A program made the position numbers and the translations under genes. The notes below the pieces were generated by a model. The model was not told the origin of the DNA and made no database searches. It saw nothing but the letters and a program-made list of their open reading frames with translations. DNA of 64,000 nucleotides from Tubulanus polymorphus (taxonomy: Eukaryota; Animalia; Nemertea), in NCBI RefSeq assembly GCF_964204645.1, contig NC_134030.1, positions 9,947,222 through 10,011,221 of the forward strand, written 5' to 3'. Within the stretch, counting starts at the first letter, position 1; each line of letters starts with the position of its first letter. Positions 26,178 through 40,900 of this stretch are shown piece after piece.

Positions 26178-28147
26178 ACGGAATTCAAAACAGTCGATCA
26201 TAGGGTATAATAATTGAAGAATCAAAAAAAAAGAAGAATCGGAGATTCGCGTGGTCGCGTCACCATTTCAAAATCGCGACCAGTTTCTCATTGATGTAGA
26301 TGTATTAAGTTCTTCAATATCAAATAAGGCTTACGGTTATAGTAAGCTACTTACTAATATAATAACTCTCTTTTGTTTTGTGTGGACATTTCGAAATGGT
26401 GTCACGGGCGAAATTTTTTATGTAGTGTACTGTCTTGGATTAAATTATAAAAAAATAAAGTGTGCGTCTTTTTTCAAATCTCTGCGAGGGAAGTCTTTAT
26501 GTGTGTGCGTGTACGCATGTGGCTTCGATTGCGAATCTTACGAAGGTACTTAGTGCTCCCATGTGGATCCGCCCCTGAATTTGATACATAATTTATTGGA
26601 TGATGCGATTACGATCTGGATTCAGAAGTAATTAAATTCAGTTCTAAGATAATTGAAAATGGGCCAGTTTTGATAGGGTTTGACTGACTACTCGTCATGC
26701 TATCTGGCCGAAGAGCTGGTGTTGTGGCGGTCCGTTCGAGAGTTTGCGGTAGTTAGCTACGAAGTTATTTGTTGAATTTCGTAGGTACTTTCTCTAAAAC
26801 CTGGGGATACATTTTTTGTGTAAATTATGAAATAAAAGTTGAGAAAAGAAGAAAACACGGAAAACGTTACTTCAAGTAGAATTAAGTGGTTTGAGTGAGT
26901 TATTCAAGTTGAATGGTATATAGTTTGTACATAAGTTTACAAATCTTAGTTAATTGGTTTATATCCAAGTTGATTGGATCGGACCTGGACGGAGTCTAAT
27001 GTGTTCTAAAAAACCAAAATAATTGTTACAAAAATGTAAATGTTGTTTGTGCTCTTGATTGCTACAACGCACTTCAGAGAATTGAATCAAATCTATCTTG
27101 TTTGGCACTGCAGTCATTCTATGCTAGTCATTCGCCATTTAAGCGCGAGGGCTAGAAATCGGAAAAATGGGGTCCGGGGGGAAGTGGCAGCAGATACACC
27201 GGGCTTAACCTGCGGACGTAGTCTTTGAACCTTGTTCCATAGTTAGAGATGGATTAGAATTTAATTCCAGTCACGGACGATATAAGTGAATCTGCAACTA
27301 TATAACTCGGTTTGTGCTTGCTTATTTCTCAATTGGAATAATCGTTTGGCTTATAGAAGACCAACAAATATAAGAAGAAAAACGTTCACCGACTTAGCCT
27401 ACTTCATGCTTAAATGCAGATGCTTACTTGAGTAACCTATCAAAGGACGTAGCTATGTATTTACACGTACTGAGAGTGCTAGTTTTTAGACGGTGTAAAA
27501 CTTAAACCCGAAGGTTAACTGAATTTCAATTGAGTTAATCAGTTGTTAATACTAGTTTATAAAACTGGTCCATTTTTTGATAGCAGGAAAACGCAAACTG
27601 CATTTCTTAATTTCAGTGATTTGGGGTTAGATTTAAGTGTTTGAAACTAATACATGAAATAATGTCGAGAGAATTCTATAATGTTAACAAAAAACTAAAG
27701 TCCAAAAATGTTTCCTAGAGCCGTTACTTTATTCGATGTTTCAACTATATTCATAATTTCTGTTGTAACTCGTTATTCCCGAAGATGACTTTTAGAATAA
27801 AGTCGATACGTCAAAACTATAATCAGCTCAAGGAGACATTTTTGGACTTTTTTTTCGTTATCATTGCAGGATTTCCTCCATATTACACACGGACAAGACG
27901 GATATAGTGTTTTATCAATGGTGAACGTGAAATTATGTTTTAGACGTGTAGAGATAAGGATTTCGCAGGGTTGTGGAATATTGCTGTGTGTTATGAAACT
28001 GAAAGTATATTGTAAATCACTCGTAAAACTGTTATCTGTTCGCTGTAGCCATTGTTTTCTTTTTCTTATTCATTATCAAGCCTTATCAGCACTCAGGATA
28101 ACCATTTTAGTATGGAACGGTGTTAACTGATAAATGATTCATTCTAA

Positions 28148-28930
28148 AGGCTGGCTTATGTCGACAAGCAACGCGACGCCTACCGACGCAACTGGGTTTA
28201 TCGCCGATTAGCGGCCTACGAGAGGCCGCCAGTTGCTCCTCAATCGGTTCGACATAAGCCGGCTTGTGACGGCAACGCGACGCCTACCGACTCGTCGCAA
28301 GCCGTATCCGGCTAGTTGCCCATGTTCTACTCCGGCCTACGGTAGGCGGGCAGTTGCTTTCGATCGCAGCCGACATCAGCTCATCTGCGACGTGACGGAA
28401 CTGAGCGCAGGGGTTCCAGCCAATGAGAGACCGCATATACATAGTACAAATTATCACCGCTAGTTAGCGTCATTCGTAATTAATCATGAACTTTCAAATT
28501 CAAGTAGTTCAAAACGTAAACCAAACCTTCAGCACGGCAGAGGACTGGACCGAAGATCTAGAAACGAAATTGGTAGAATTATGGTGTGAGCGGCCATCTT
28601 TATAGATGTCGCTAGCACGTTGTATTCAAAACAGAATCAGAAAGATCAAAGTCTTAAAGAAATAGCTTTTCTAATAGAAGTATATTTCCTAATAATTCAA
28701 ATTTATTCTCAAAATGCTTATCACGTGACCATTTGAGCCGTTGCAGTTGCTAGTAATCGCAACCGACATAAGCAGGGAAGCAACTGGGAGGATCTCATAT
28801 CATGCTAGTCGGCCTCCGTTGCTGCGAATCGGAGCGCAGTCGACATAAGCTTGGCTGCGATCGCGGTTGCTCTCAGTTGCGTCGGTAGGAGTCGGTAGGC
28901 GTCGCGTTGCTTGTCGACATAAGCCAGCCT
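28148..28930 (+). mobile_element. Non-autonomous PIF/Harbinger element with a degenerate MADF/Myb-SANT ORF remnant
   Basis: ~40-bp TIR AGGCTGGCTTATGTCGACAAGCAACGCGACGCCTACCGAC; TAA TSD at both ends; internal frameshifted WTEDLETKLVELWCERPSL(Y)DV...QKDQSLKEIA at ~28547-28680. Confidence 0.85.
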
Positions 28931-31428
28931 TAAAGAGGTCATTGCAAACTAGCCAATTAATATTTGTGCCATCGCGTTAACCCCCCGACGTTAAAGCTTA
29001 TTGAGTCGAACAGATAATTGAAGCTTGAGACTCCTATTTACGGGCCAGAGTAATGGCTTAGATTTAAGACCAGCCTGAGACCAACTCAGTTCTATACATA
29101 TAGCCAATCAAACTCATGACTGTGCTATTGGGCCCTGGGATACAAATGATGTCAATTCGATGCAGTCAGAATCAGTTTGATTCTAAATCCAAAAAAAAAT
29201 GCAGTTTAGTAACAGATAGAAAACAGGGGTGCCAGACTTTTAGGTCATTTAAGAGTAGGGAAAAGCCATAAGTGTGCAGATTATGTGAGGGGCTCTCTGT
29301 GGCTTGCTTCACTCCTGGATGATATTCTTACTTAAAGCCCGCGTCTCTGTCATCTGTGGGGTAGAGGTTATTGGCTCGTTTGTATTGGGTTTTCATGAAA
29401 TGTTTTATTTTCTTTTTCTGTATCTTTCACATTCTTTGATCGGTGTGCGTACATCAAGTGGTGTTCATTGTGTATATGTTGTATACACAATTTACTTTAT
29501 AAGCGTTATTTTCACGTCTATATTTTGACCCTCCTCTTTTCAAGTAGTTGTCAAGTTCTATAACAGAATCCCTTGTACTGGTTGCACAACCAATGCTCAG
29601 ACTTCAATCAATAGCGATATTGCATTCTTCTTATTAAGCAAGACCAGGTCGAGGCAGTCGCTTATTTGCCATGCTAGTAGCAGTTGAAGAAAGTAGGGTG
29701 TTCTGAGATATTGAAATCATTTATTTCATCGATTGATTTTCGATTTTTTGATTTTCAAAATATTCTTCCCCAGTGTGTTGAATAATGCTTCAGTGTGTCT
29801 ACACTGTGGTGCGGTGTATTGTTAGTTACTAATATTTCTATATGTTTGACATGGGCTGTCATCATGGAGATAAAAACTAATTACTAATATCAATCCACTG
29901 CGATGCGATGTATTTGTGAAGTCCATCACTGATTAATACACTGCACCGCTGTGTAGATGCACTGAAAGGGTTGAATTCGATTTTGTATCCTTACAAACTC
30001 ACCGCACCTACTGTGAACGAAACAGCGGTTTTAGCTGTCTAATACTCGAGCAACTGGACCCTGTACGTTAGAGATCAAGCTTTTTATCTTCTGAACCCTC
30101 ACCATGATGAAATACTGCCATATGCCATATTACACGCGAACCAAATGAGATTTCGCTACAGCCAAAATTGATGACGCACTAGTTTGTTCATTTTTGAGAT
30201 GTATTTCATGAATGGATGGCCTAATCACAAGCATCACAAGCTTAATCACGCGCAATAATTTCAGGGTGAAGGTATAGGCATCGGGAATGTTAAATTCCTT
30301 TTAACTGGTTATCAGTTCTACTATGGACGTATAAGCTAGATCGTTAGTTCGTCTACGGTTCTACAAATTACTCTTTTTTACTCATTTCTCAACCCATCTT
30401 TATCCGTTCAATAACTAAGCAAAGTAAATCAGAGACTTAAAAACAAATTTCGAGGTATTTTCCTTGATAACTGAACATGCAAAGTCGAATGGTTATATAT
30501 TGTTTTTTTTTTTAATTTTGTGTCAGATGACGGTATAAATAATAGGCTGATTGATTATTTTTTAACGACATTTCATGTTTGGTTTATATATGTGTATCAT
30601 GGTATAGAAGTTTAAGTAACTTTATTATGTATGTATGTATGAAATGTAAAAAGAATAAATTTATTATTCTAATAAGTGTATTTGTTTATTCACTTATTTT
30701 CATGAAAACAACGGCCACCATTTGGCCATCTTGATTCTGATCGGGCTGCAGATGTGTCTAGACAACACGTATTAACCGGAGTATAAACCAAATATCAAGA
30801 TGAGCCATCGAAGTGCGTTGAAAACTCCCCAAAAAGCTTGATTCTATCTACTGTTGTATAGGAATAGACTATAAATTATAATTAATACGGTGGAACCGCA
30901 TCAAGGAAAGGATCTTCATCTTAATTCGCCGCAGCACCATTCGCAGACGATGTAACAAACAAAACACTACAGATGGATGAAAAATGAAAGCAATACAGTG
31001 TTGCATCCTCGTTTGAACCGGATACAATCGGATATAACAAAATATAGAATTTCGTCACGAGTAAGACTAGTCGATTAATTTCTTACTTGATATAACAGTG
31101 AACTATCGGTTATAACGCACAGATCTAGACCGGTGAAGTTCACTGTTTAAAGAGGTTCCACTGTAGATAGACCTTAGTGACTCGGATCAGATGCGCTAAG
31201 TAAAAATTCCACCATTCTATGAAGATTAAAAACCATCTTCAGAGCGCTATGCCGTCAATATCCACACCAGCCAGGTCCGGTGGCACAGTCATAACCTAAA
31301 GCCTCACTCAGGGTACCAATGAATCATAGGGTCAACTCATGTCGATCATCTAGGGGGGACCTGAGTTAGGCTTAAGTCCAGAGGTCCTTTTAATATAAGA
31401 CTTGTCTTAACTTGTTTGATTGGCTCTA

Positions 31429-31620
31429 CAGCGGAACCTCGTTACAACGAATTTCACAGGATCAGAAATATGTTCGTTATAACCGATAGTTTCTTAAAAC
31501 CAGTATGAAATTTGTTATAACCAGTATGAAATTAATCAGATTGTCTTTTGGGTCGAAATTCTATATTTGTTATATCTGATGAATCGATGTATCCGAGTTC
31601 GTTGTAACGAGGTTCCGCTG
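31429..31620. mobile_element. pogo/Tigger-like MITE nested in a CTTAAGAC-family MITE
   Basis: TA|CAGCGGAACCTCGTTACAACGAA...TTCGTTGTAACGAGGTTCCGCTG|TA; a related degenerate copy lies at ~30995-31165. Confidence 0.8.
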
Positions 31621-34600
31621 TAGAGCCAAGTTGGTCTAGACTGGTCTTTATGTGCGCTGGGGCCCCTGTACAATGCTCGTCTAGATAATTTGCATTTCGA
31701 AATTTCTTTTTGACAGGAATGATAAGATAATGCCAGCATGCAGGAAAAATTACTGAACAATGTTCGTTTTGTTTTGATATTCTACACATTTTTAAATTTA
31801 ATTAGAGGATATTACTCTTTACATAGTATATGATAACAACGAATACATTTTTTACCACATTGAATTAAAAACAATACCGTACGTGTATTTTGTGAGAACT
31901 CCATTATTAGTAAGCTTACGAAGAGGGCACTCGGCTATAATTCTCAGTTAAATAATCGTTAATAAGTGTAATACCACATGGGTGGACCCAGACAGGAGCA
32001 CAAGAAGGGCGTGCTCCGTTGCAATTTTCCCAGGCTCTTTTGAAAATATGGCGGCGTTATTTTTCTGGGCATTTTTCTCACCCGCAACTAATAAGACGGC
32101 AGTAAATGTCCCTCAAGTGCCTAGAAATTGTATGAAAATGCGCTGAAGTTTCCAAATTTCGCAGACCCTTGTTTTGGCTGCGTGAATACTTAAATACTTA
32201 ACTCGCCCCTTTTCAGCGAGTATATATGCCCTTTTTCATTTCTTCGTGCTCCTGTCGAAGTCTGACCTGGGATCCGCCCCTGTGTCGGAGATGATCACCG
32301 GATTATGATGATAGACAAACAAAGCAAAAAGTTTAGTCATAGAGCGTGTGCAGTTAAATACCTATTTCATTTCACATCGAAAAACAAGGCCACAGATGGC
32401 CCCCGCATAGCTTCCCCGGCAAAAACCTCCATATAACAATAAAAGATAAAGTTCATTAAGTATCCATCCAAAAGAGCTTGTTGGTCCAACACCTACTAGA
32501 AACAAATACTGTTAGTTTAGGGCTAGATACCAGTTATCATATTGTCCAAACACGAAGCCCTATTGAATACACGTCTAATTTATGATAATACAATGCCCAT
32601 CTCGATATCACACAATCATATTTCAAACGAAACGCAGGTGATTCTCGAGTTGATACCCTTTCAGTGGCGACTTAATACCAGAAAGTGCTGGAGATAATTT
32701 GAAAGTTTTTGTCAACTCCAGTGTGGAATTACAGGCACACAGCTTTGGTCTGTGGATCTACACCGCAGCACAGTGTATCGTTATATATTACCATGGTGCG
32801 GTGTACGAGCGAAGCCCATCAGCAGTTTATACACCGTACTGTAGTGTAGACACACTGAAAGGATTTATTCGATTTATTTTATTTCTTCAATGATTCAGTT
32901 TATTCGAAATTCGATTCAGGAGTATTAAATACTTTTTGTGAAATCAGGCCCAAGGCATCGGGAACCGGTTTCGTCAAGTTTTATGACACATTCGAAACGG
33001 AAGTTGACGAAATAGACGAAAAATCAACTGATTTCGAATTGGTTTGAATCCCAACAATGGAGTATTGGGGAACTGGAGCCTGAATAATCGTCCATAAGAG
33101 TCCATAATCGAAATTGAAATATGATCCGTAACATAAAAATAAAGACTCAAACATATAATACATATGTATGCAGTTTAAATATCGCGATTGCAATCAGAAA
33201 ATTAATATTTGAGCAATAAACAATAAATTTAAGTAAATCTATGCGTGTAGCAAGAGTACATACCGGGCAAGACGATAACGACATTTTTGGCACAATATAC
33301 AAATTTTCACACTTATAATACAAAAAATCAATGGTCGAGGGTCAGACCGGAATTTATAAAGTACTATACCGGGTATGTACGAATTCCAGCGATTTAATTA
33401 TGGATTCTAGGCTGCTCAAACCACGAGGAACAAAGCCTAGAGTGCGCCAAATATACCAACAATAGTTACTATAACGCGATTAAGGTCATTAAAATTTCGA
33501 ACGAAACCGACGCACGTAAAACGTTATTATAGGTACAATATACCTGTGCACATGTACATAGAAATAAAACTTTGAAAATAAAGAGAAAACGAGACGCGAG
33601 AAATTTTTCCATAAATTTTCTACACAAGATATATAACACGTTGATATAAATATGAACACGGGAAAAACCTCCACATTAGAATCAGGCGTAGTTCGAAAGA
33701 ATTTACATATCCATTCAGATATAACATCAGTGATGCTACTGTTGACGTCTCTTTTCACGAGTAATATATTAAAGTCTTCGTGTAGTTATATAATCTTCCA
33801 ATTTGATTGCGCAGGAACCTCATCTCAACTGACATTTTCGATTGAAATAAGCCAGAAGTTTCAAATCGGAAATTAAGTACCGGTACAAAAGCCGGAAGTT
33901 TGTCATCTGATCACCGTGCTTTCAAGAACTGATCATCAAAGCTTCATCAAACAATGGTGAATGTCTTCAGAGGATTGGTTTCAAGCCAGAGATAGATATC
34001 CGTATTGATTTAGATGTACAACACGGAACCGAATATACAATCTTTTCTTTTTACGCACAAGAAACCGACAAAATTGATTCAAATATTCATTTTCGAATTT
34101 TCTCTTTTAACGCGGATAAGGAATCAACCAATTTTTTCTGCTAAATTCTCACTTACGTACATTTACAAAACGTCCTGTCAAAATTTCATCACAGCCTTAA
34201 TAACAGTTTTCATATTTCACTATTCCCATATATGATATCGATATATACATTTTTCACTCTATATTAATCCCTGTCCTTCACAAGTCTGAAGGCCAAGCCT
34301 ACTAGATTAAAGAAAACAAAGTCCAAAAACATTAAAATAACCAGTACACAGGCCTACCGGTTTACAATAAATACAAGAGGGCAAATTTCGGATTGAAGTT
34401 CCAGCTGTACTGTAGCTACAATGAACATAATATACCTGGAAGTATTGACCTGAATTGATCAATAAAATCGATAAAGTGACTTGAGGGGTCCAGCCTTAGA
34501 GAACCACCCTTATCAAAATAAGCAAAGCAGAATCATCTCTCTTCTTCGTCAAAACATTGAACCTTGCTTTTGCGGAATTTCCACACGCAACAGTTACATC

Positions 34601-34983
34601 ATTTCTTTGTAACAGTCGAGAAAGTAAGAGAACTTCTTTTCATCTTGTTTTACACCGATGAATACCTCAATTAGTTAACCCACACAGTTTCAAAATCAAT
34701 CAAATATTATATCATTCGTAGTTAATCAAACAAATAGTTAAACTAGATCTATTTGGAATGGTGTTTCCATTAAGCGAGAACTAATGTGATCTTCATCTTT
34801 TTCAATTAACGTTTCTGCAGTTTTTTTGTTGTTATTTTTCTAATTAAGAGTATACATAGTTCTATACATACATACATACATACATACATATGTAAACTTT
34901 TTTATTTCATTACATTAACAACAGGCAATCGAAATCTTGTTCTTCGAATATTGGTTTTAATTTTTTTGTAGATTCTAAGAATC

Positions 34984-37900
34984 TTACTGCGTTTTGAAGT
35001 GTTCTTCGATGTGTTTATTCAACGCGTCCGGACTGTCGAACAGGCGTTGACACATTGGACAACTCATGCCGAAATGATTCTGCACGTGGTCTTCGAATTG
35101 AAGTTGCGGATATTCCGAGCTGAACGTGACGCCGCATACCGGGCAAAGTTTCTGGGGTTCGCCGGCCGCATCAGAAAACCTACAAAATTTAGAATCTTTC
35201 TATCAAAACGCTTGCCATTCCATTCCTTATGTTGTCTTTAAAACCGTCAGTTGAGGTATCAATCCCCTGCCTGTACCCATACCCTAAGACAAGTATCATT
35301 TCCCATCATCATCATCATCATCATCATACAGCACCTCATAAATACAAATTTTGTGGGCAAAAGTGAAATTGTCGTATTAACCCTTTCAGTGCTGACTAAT
35401 CAATGAATAGTGCTGGAGATGATTTGAAAATTTTGGAAAATTCCACCCTTGTGTGTTGAATAACGGGAATACCACTATAGTGCATACACACCGCGGCGCG
35501 GTGAATCGTTAGTTACTCATATTTCACTACATTTGACAGGTGCTGCCATTTTCAATAGAGATAACAACTGATGATTACTAATTACATCAATACACCGCAG
35601 TGCGGTGTACTAGCAAAATCCATCACCGATTTATACACCGCACTAGAGTGTAGATGCACCCGAAAGGGTCAGAGTTTTTCATATTATCCAAATCTTGGGC
35701 TGGTTGCTGAAAAGTTGGTTACAGTTAACCATTGATAACCATTGATAGATAATTGACATGGTGACAATTAAAAGTTCGATAGATAATTGATAATCAATAG
35801 ATAATTGACATAGTGACAATTAAAAATTCAATGTTACTAAAGTATTTATCCGTTGGTTATCTTTAACCGACCTTGGACTGGCCCCAGCAACTGGCCCCAG
35901 GATTGATATAGATATGTTAGCTGGGACATGCTGGAAATCATCATAATAAATGGGTTCCATCTTGAACCGAATCGTAATTACAAGGTTCAGCCGTATCATT
36001 GTTTACCATCAAAGAAGGCCATAAGTCTATATATACAACCTCTTAGCTTTGATATTCAATGTCCTTTGTAAAGAAGGTACTTAACATACCTCTCTTTGTT
36101 TTTTTGAGGTAGCTGCCATAAAAATGTCCTACTTATTTATCTTGTACATGGTTCTAAAAAGTTTCTATGAAATGAGTTTATCTCTCGTTGAAAAATATCA
36201 ACCCTTTCAATATCCATTTTTGTGCAATTTCCAGCGCGTGTGGTGATCACAGGGATAAAATGTTTTGTCCGTCATTTACAAATAAAGATACCTCGCGCTG
36301 GGTCCAGACAGGAGACTTTCACGATCAATAAGGATGGCAATAGTCTGAAGACTGTTGGAGGGAGGGTTCAGACAGTAGATTGATAGCTGAATCGATGATA
36401 CTCATTTTGTATAGACACTTCTTGAAATCACTATATCATAACTGATAGTTACCAGTACGGGGACACACATATACATACCCTTCTTCATCATCACAGTCTT
36501 CACCAGTTTCAGGAACGATATGATCAACATTTTCGCGTACTCGAATGTCTTCTACAATGTAATCATATCATATTATTATTTACTGTCAAAGGAAGGCCAT
36601 AGCCCTAGATAGGACATGTAGATCTTTAGTGTCCTTTGTGATATAGGTATTCACAAAGTAGCTCTCTTAAATTGTTAACTGCTATAAGTCCTACTTTATG
36701 TCTCATGGTTTTGGCTTAAAGTTTCTATCGTATAAGTTTTCATATATCCTAATAGTCATCTTCAGGAATACTGATACAATACTCCTGGAGATAACTGTTA
36801 GGATATAATCAAAACGTCAAATGAACTAACTACTAGCTCAAGAAAACGTTTTTGCACCTTATCATTTTTCTTTATTAATTGTCGGATTCCCTTTATATAT
36901 CATTGTCACAACACAAATATAGTGTCTTATTAATGGTGACTCTCATACTGTTAAATGTTGAAATTAAGAAAAAAAATCAGAATTTTCGGTCGTTCTCTAA
37001 GAACTGTTATTATGGAATGATAATGGTTTTAAGGGAAAGACCGATAATCAGGATTTTTAGAATAAAATTTCAACATTACGATATTTTAGATTTTTCGTCT
37101 CATGATTGTGAGACTTATCTAAGCTTATCTAACTTTCATACCTAGTCTAGTTGGAGTTTGGTAGCTATCGTTGACGTGGTGCACCGCCTTGAAAACCGCG
37201 GCGAGTTTAGCAGACGGCAAAACCTCTGGTTGCAACGGCAGCGGATACTCGGTCACCGGCTGCGACAGTATGTCCGACGAGTCGTCGGTGTCGTCGCTCG
37301 GCGGCGCCGTCGGTTTGACGACGATATTCGCGCGGCAGAATCCATCGGTTTCCGAAACGGGCGGCGATGACGACGACCCAGCCGATGCCTCATCATATTC
37401 GTCATCGTTACGTCGTCGTTGTTGAAGCGATTTGATGCGGTCGTTGATGTACGACTCGAATCGCTGTTTGTCTACGTTGTCGCCGTCAGTCGCGGTGTTG
37501 CGATTCGACTGAACTAATCGCGCGACGCCTGGGAATGTTTTGCGATCCAAACGCACGACTTCGAACTTCGTCGGATGCGTCGCATTGGACGACGTGGTGA
37601 GTTTAGCCTGAAATGAATGTGAAAATTATATCTAATTCATCGTTCCCAAGGTTACATGACTTAGAAATTCCCAAGTATTTCAAATGGGTGATTTTTCCAA
37701 ATGGAAATTGGGCCTTAATTAAAATGAACAGATGCCATCATTCGTACTACATTTTAATGTTTGCTGGTTGATAAAGGAGATTTTCAGGATAATTTGCTGA
37801 AGAAAGTTCCCCTTGGCAAATGCAATACGTGAAATGTATATGAATTTCCCCCAATATCTCCCTGACTAGAAGAAAATTTCTCAAATATTTCCAAACTGGG

Positions 37901-40900
37901 ATTTATCATTTCAAAATTCCCAAGTTTTTCCCAATTTCCCAGTACTGCGGGAACCGTGCTAATAGCATTCGTCCTGGGAACCGAGAAAATAGCACAACGT
38001 AAAAGTTTTTACCATTTTAAACCCTTACGTTTGGTTTTCGGGATTTTTGAGTAAACGGGTTCATGTTTATAAGACTTGGAAGAATAAATAAACCCGGTAG
38101 AATATGACTGATGTATGTAAAACCACGTTCGTAGATATTTACCTCATTTCTCCAAAATCTGACTTCATTTTTCAACGAATCGATTTCTGTCTTTTGCCTG
38201 TCAATAACATCCTGCAATGCATCCACATAGAATTCATACATATTCCGGTTATTTAGAGGCTTAGCTTATCAAGACGAATAAGCCACGATCGCGCGAGCAT
38301 CCATTGGCCAAGGAACAACTGTTCACACAAGGGTGCCAAATGGGCCCATGTCTGTTTGGCCCGACCAAAAATGTCAGACCAGACCCTAGCCGAATTTTAG
38401 CACAGGTCAAACTGGTGCACGTGAATTGCAACTGGTTCCGGAAGCGGTTGACTTTGGTTTTTTTAAGAATTGCTTAGGATCGAGTGAGTGGTTTAAGCGT
38501 GAACGCACCCTCTAATTAGGCAAAATTTGACTCGGGTCTGATCCAGGCCAACTTGGGCCTGTCTGAAAAGGTTGGTACTGGCCGCAGATAGATACCGCCA
38601 AATCGAATGACGATCATAGTACGTACGCACCTGTAGAACATGCACGCGTTGATTGTAATCGAATTTGAGATCCTCCATATTCTTATTTGATCTCTCAAGA
38701 TTTTTCCGATACTGACGCACTTCGTCGAGAAACTGCTGTTGCAGCACGGTGTTACGTTCTTTCACGTGTTGCAGCATCTGTTTGTATTTCACTTTCTTTT
38801 CGGTGCGCGACTCCAGTTCGACGGAGAGCGATTCCAGTTGAGCTTGTAAATCGACCGGTATGTGTTGTTGCTCGGCTTCGGTCGCGTCATCGTCGCGGAT
38901 GATATCATCCTTTTCGACTTGCGTGCAACTTTCGCGTAGGGCTCCTGTCATTTAGAAATAGGGAAAATGTTTTTTTACGGACGACCACGCGCAATAATTT
39001 TGGTCAATTCTTTTATCTATACTATATAAGAACAACGGCGAAACTTTGCTTCAAGTTTGCACGGTCGGTGCGCTATTCATTAACAAGTTTATGTTACCAA
39101 ATGAAAGATACCGAAAGGTTAGTTATAAGTCATAGCTTCAAGCTTAGGTGCCTAATATGAATGCAGCTGACAGATTTCAAAATTGCTGAAACCGATTGAT
39201 GACCCTCGATCTAGCATCAATTTAATTGCTCTATTGCTTTACTCTATCACTATTGAATTACGCGAACTTACGGTCGAGGAAACTACGTAATTCCTGGTTT
39301 CTCGGGGTCGGCTGCTTGTCAATACACGCCGTTGACGATTTAGTCTGCAATTGTTGGCTTTCGCAAATGACCGGAGTACTGGTGCCGCTGGTCACTTGTG
39401 AAACTGAAAAATGCAAACCGTACAAGGGTCTTGTAACAGAAGCCCGACAACAATATATCTGCCCATTGATACCTGTACCCCTTGTTCATATATGTTCACC
39501 AGCAGTCACCTCTTTCCAAGTAAATAGAAATGGAATCTGATCTCTGATCAACAACAAGGGGCCAGTTTCACAAAACGAAATTATCCATAAGTAGTTGACA
39601 AACTATTCATTTTGACAAACTCGTCGACAAAACTTTTCAAACTCACTTCTCATGAGCCAAAGCTTCTCTCGTCATAATGGAAAGTTTGCAATTCTAAATA
39701 GCAGGAAATCATTATTTCACAGTTGTGAAACTGGGCTATTGTTTCTTGCAGGTTTAAAATTGAAAAGTACCGATTTTCTTTGTTTTCTTCAGTTCACTGT
39801 GCAGCTTTCTGCATTCAACGAATTTTGCCTTGTACTCGTCAGCACCCATACACAATCTCTCCTTCAAATCGGTGATCTCGCGACGCAAATCTGACTCGAC
39901 CTGTTGCTTCAAACGCTATAGTCAAGAAAGATGTACAAATCAATTTACGTTCCGAGGAAAATAATTTTATTAGTCATTTGTTGCGATCGCATCGTTCTTT
40001 TTTTTCATATTCTATCTGTATATTCTAACACCTCAATACTTGTGGATATATCCGTTCCATAATATTTATTGTACCGTATTGTATTTCTATTATAGTGACA
40101 TGTTAATAAATCATGAGTTATGAGTAGAGACCATGACAATGATTTAAGGATTTTAGAGCCCATTCCATGATACTCAAGACCTCGAATTGACCCATTCCCA
40201 TTTAAAAAATTTTAACAACTTCATGGACTGCCATGAACTGGTATGTTTACCCATTAGACACCGCAACTTCATATTTATGTTCCAGAAAAACAAACGCTTA
40301 ATTAGCCAATGAAATTTGCATATAAAGATTAAGTAGAGATACAGTGTGATAACTACTGAAAATTATGAATTATAACAATTGGTTATTCTGAAGATAATCA
40401 TACAGGCTTTCCATCGCTGTATAGATTTGGTCAATCATTGGTCAAAAGTTTGACCTTTGACCCCGTCAAACTATAGGTGGCGTAACAGTACAACGGACGT
40501 AGGCGGACGTTCTGCGGAGATACGAGTCGAACGTCGACGGATTCTGCGGTCTAATGGGTTAATACACTATTGCACGTACAGTCAATTGGTTACAGACAAT
40601 TTGGTTAGGCTAAGTCATCGTAGACGAAACAATCGTTATGTTGATGCTTCATCCAAATGATGACTGACGCTTAGAAAATTGAACTGTACATATGTACAAA
40701 TTAGGACTCACAAATACTGACGAGTTCAGAAATGTGACTAATTAACAAGCGTTGACCGTGTAGGACGATACGCGAATAAAAAGTACGTACCTGAGTTTTG
40801 ATTGTGTCTTCCAGTTGTAGGCGAATCTCTTCGTATTGTTTGCGATATTTCGACAGGCGTTTCTCCAAACACAGCTGCGCCGTTTTCATCGCGAAGATCG

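Noticed and set aside
36090-36128. Extra 23- or 39-nt TAX1BP1 micro-exon
   Set aside because: It lies in a degenerate repeat also found at ~36590-36740, and is not needed for frame.
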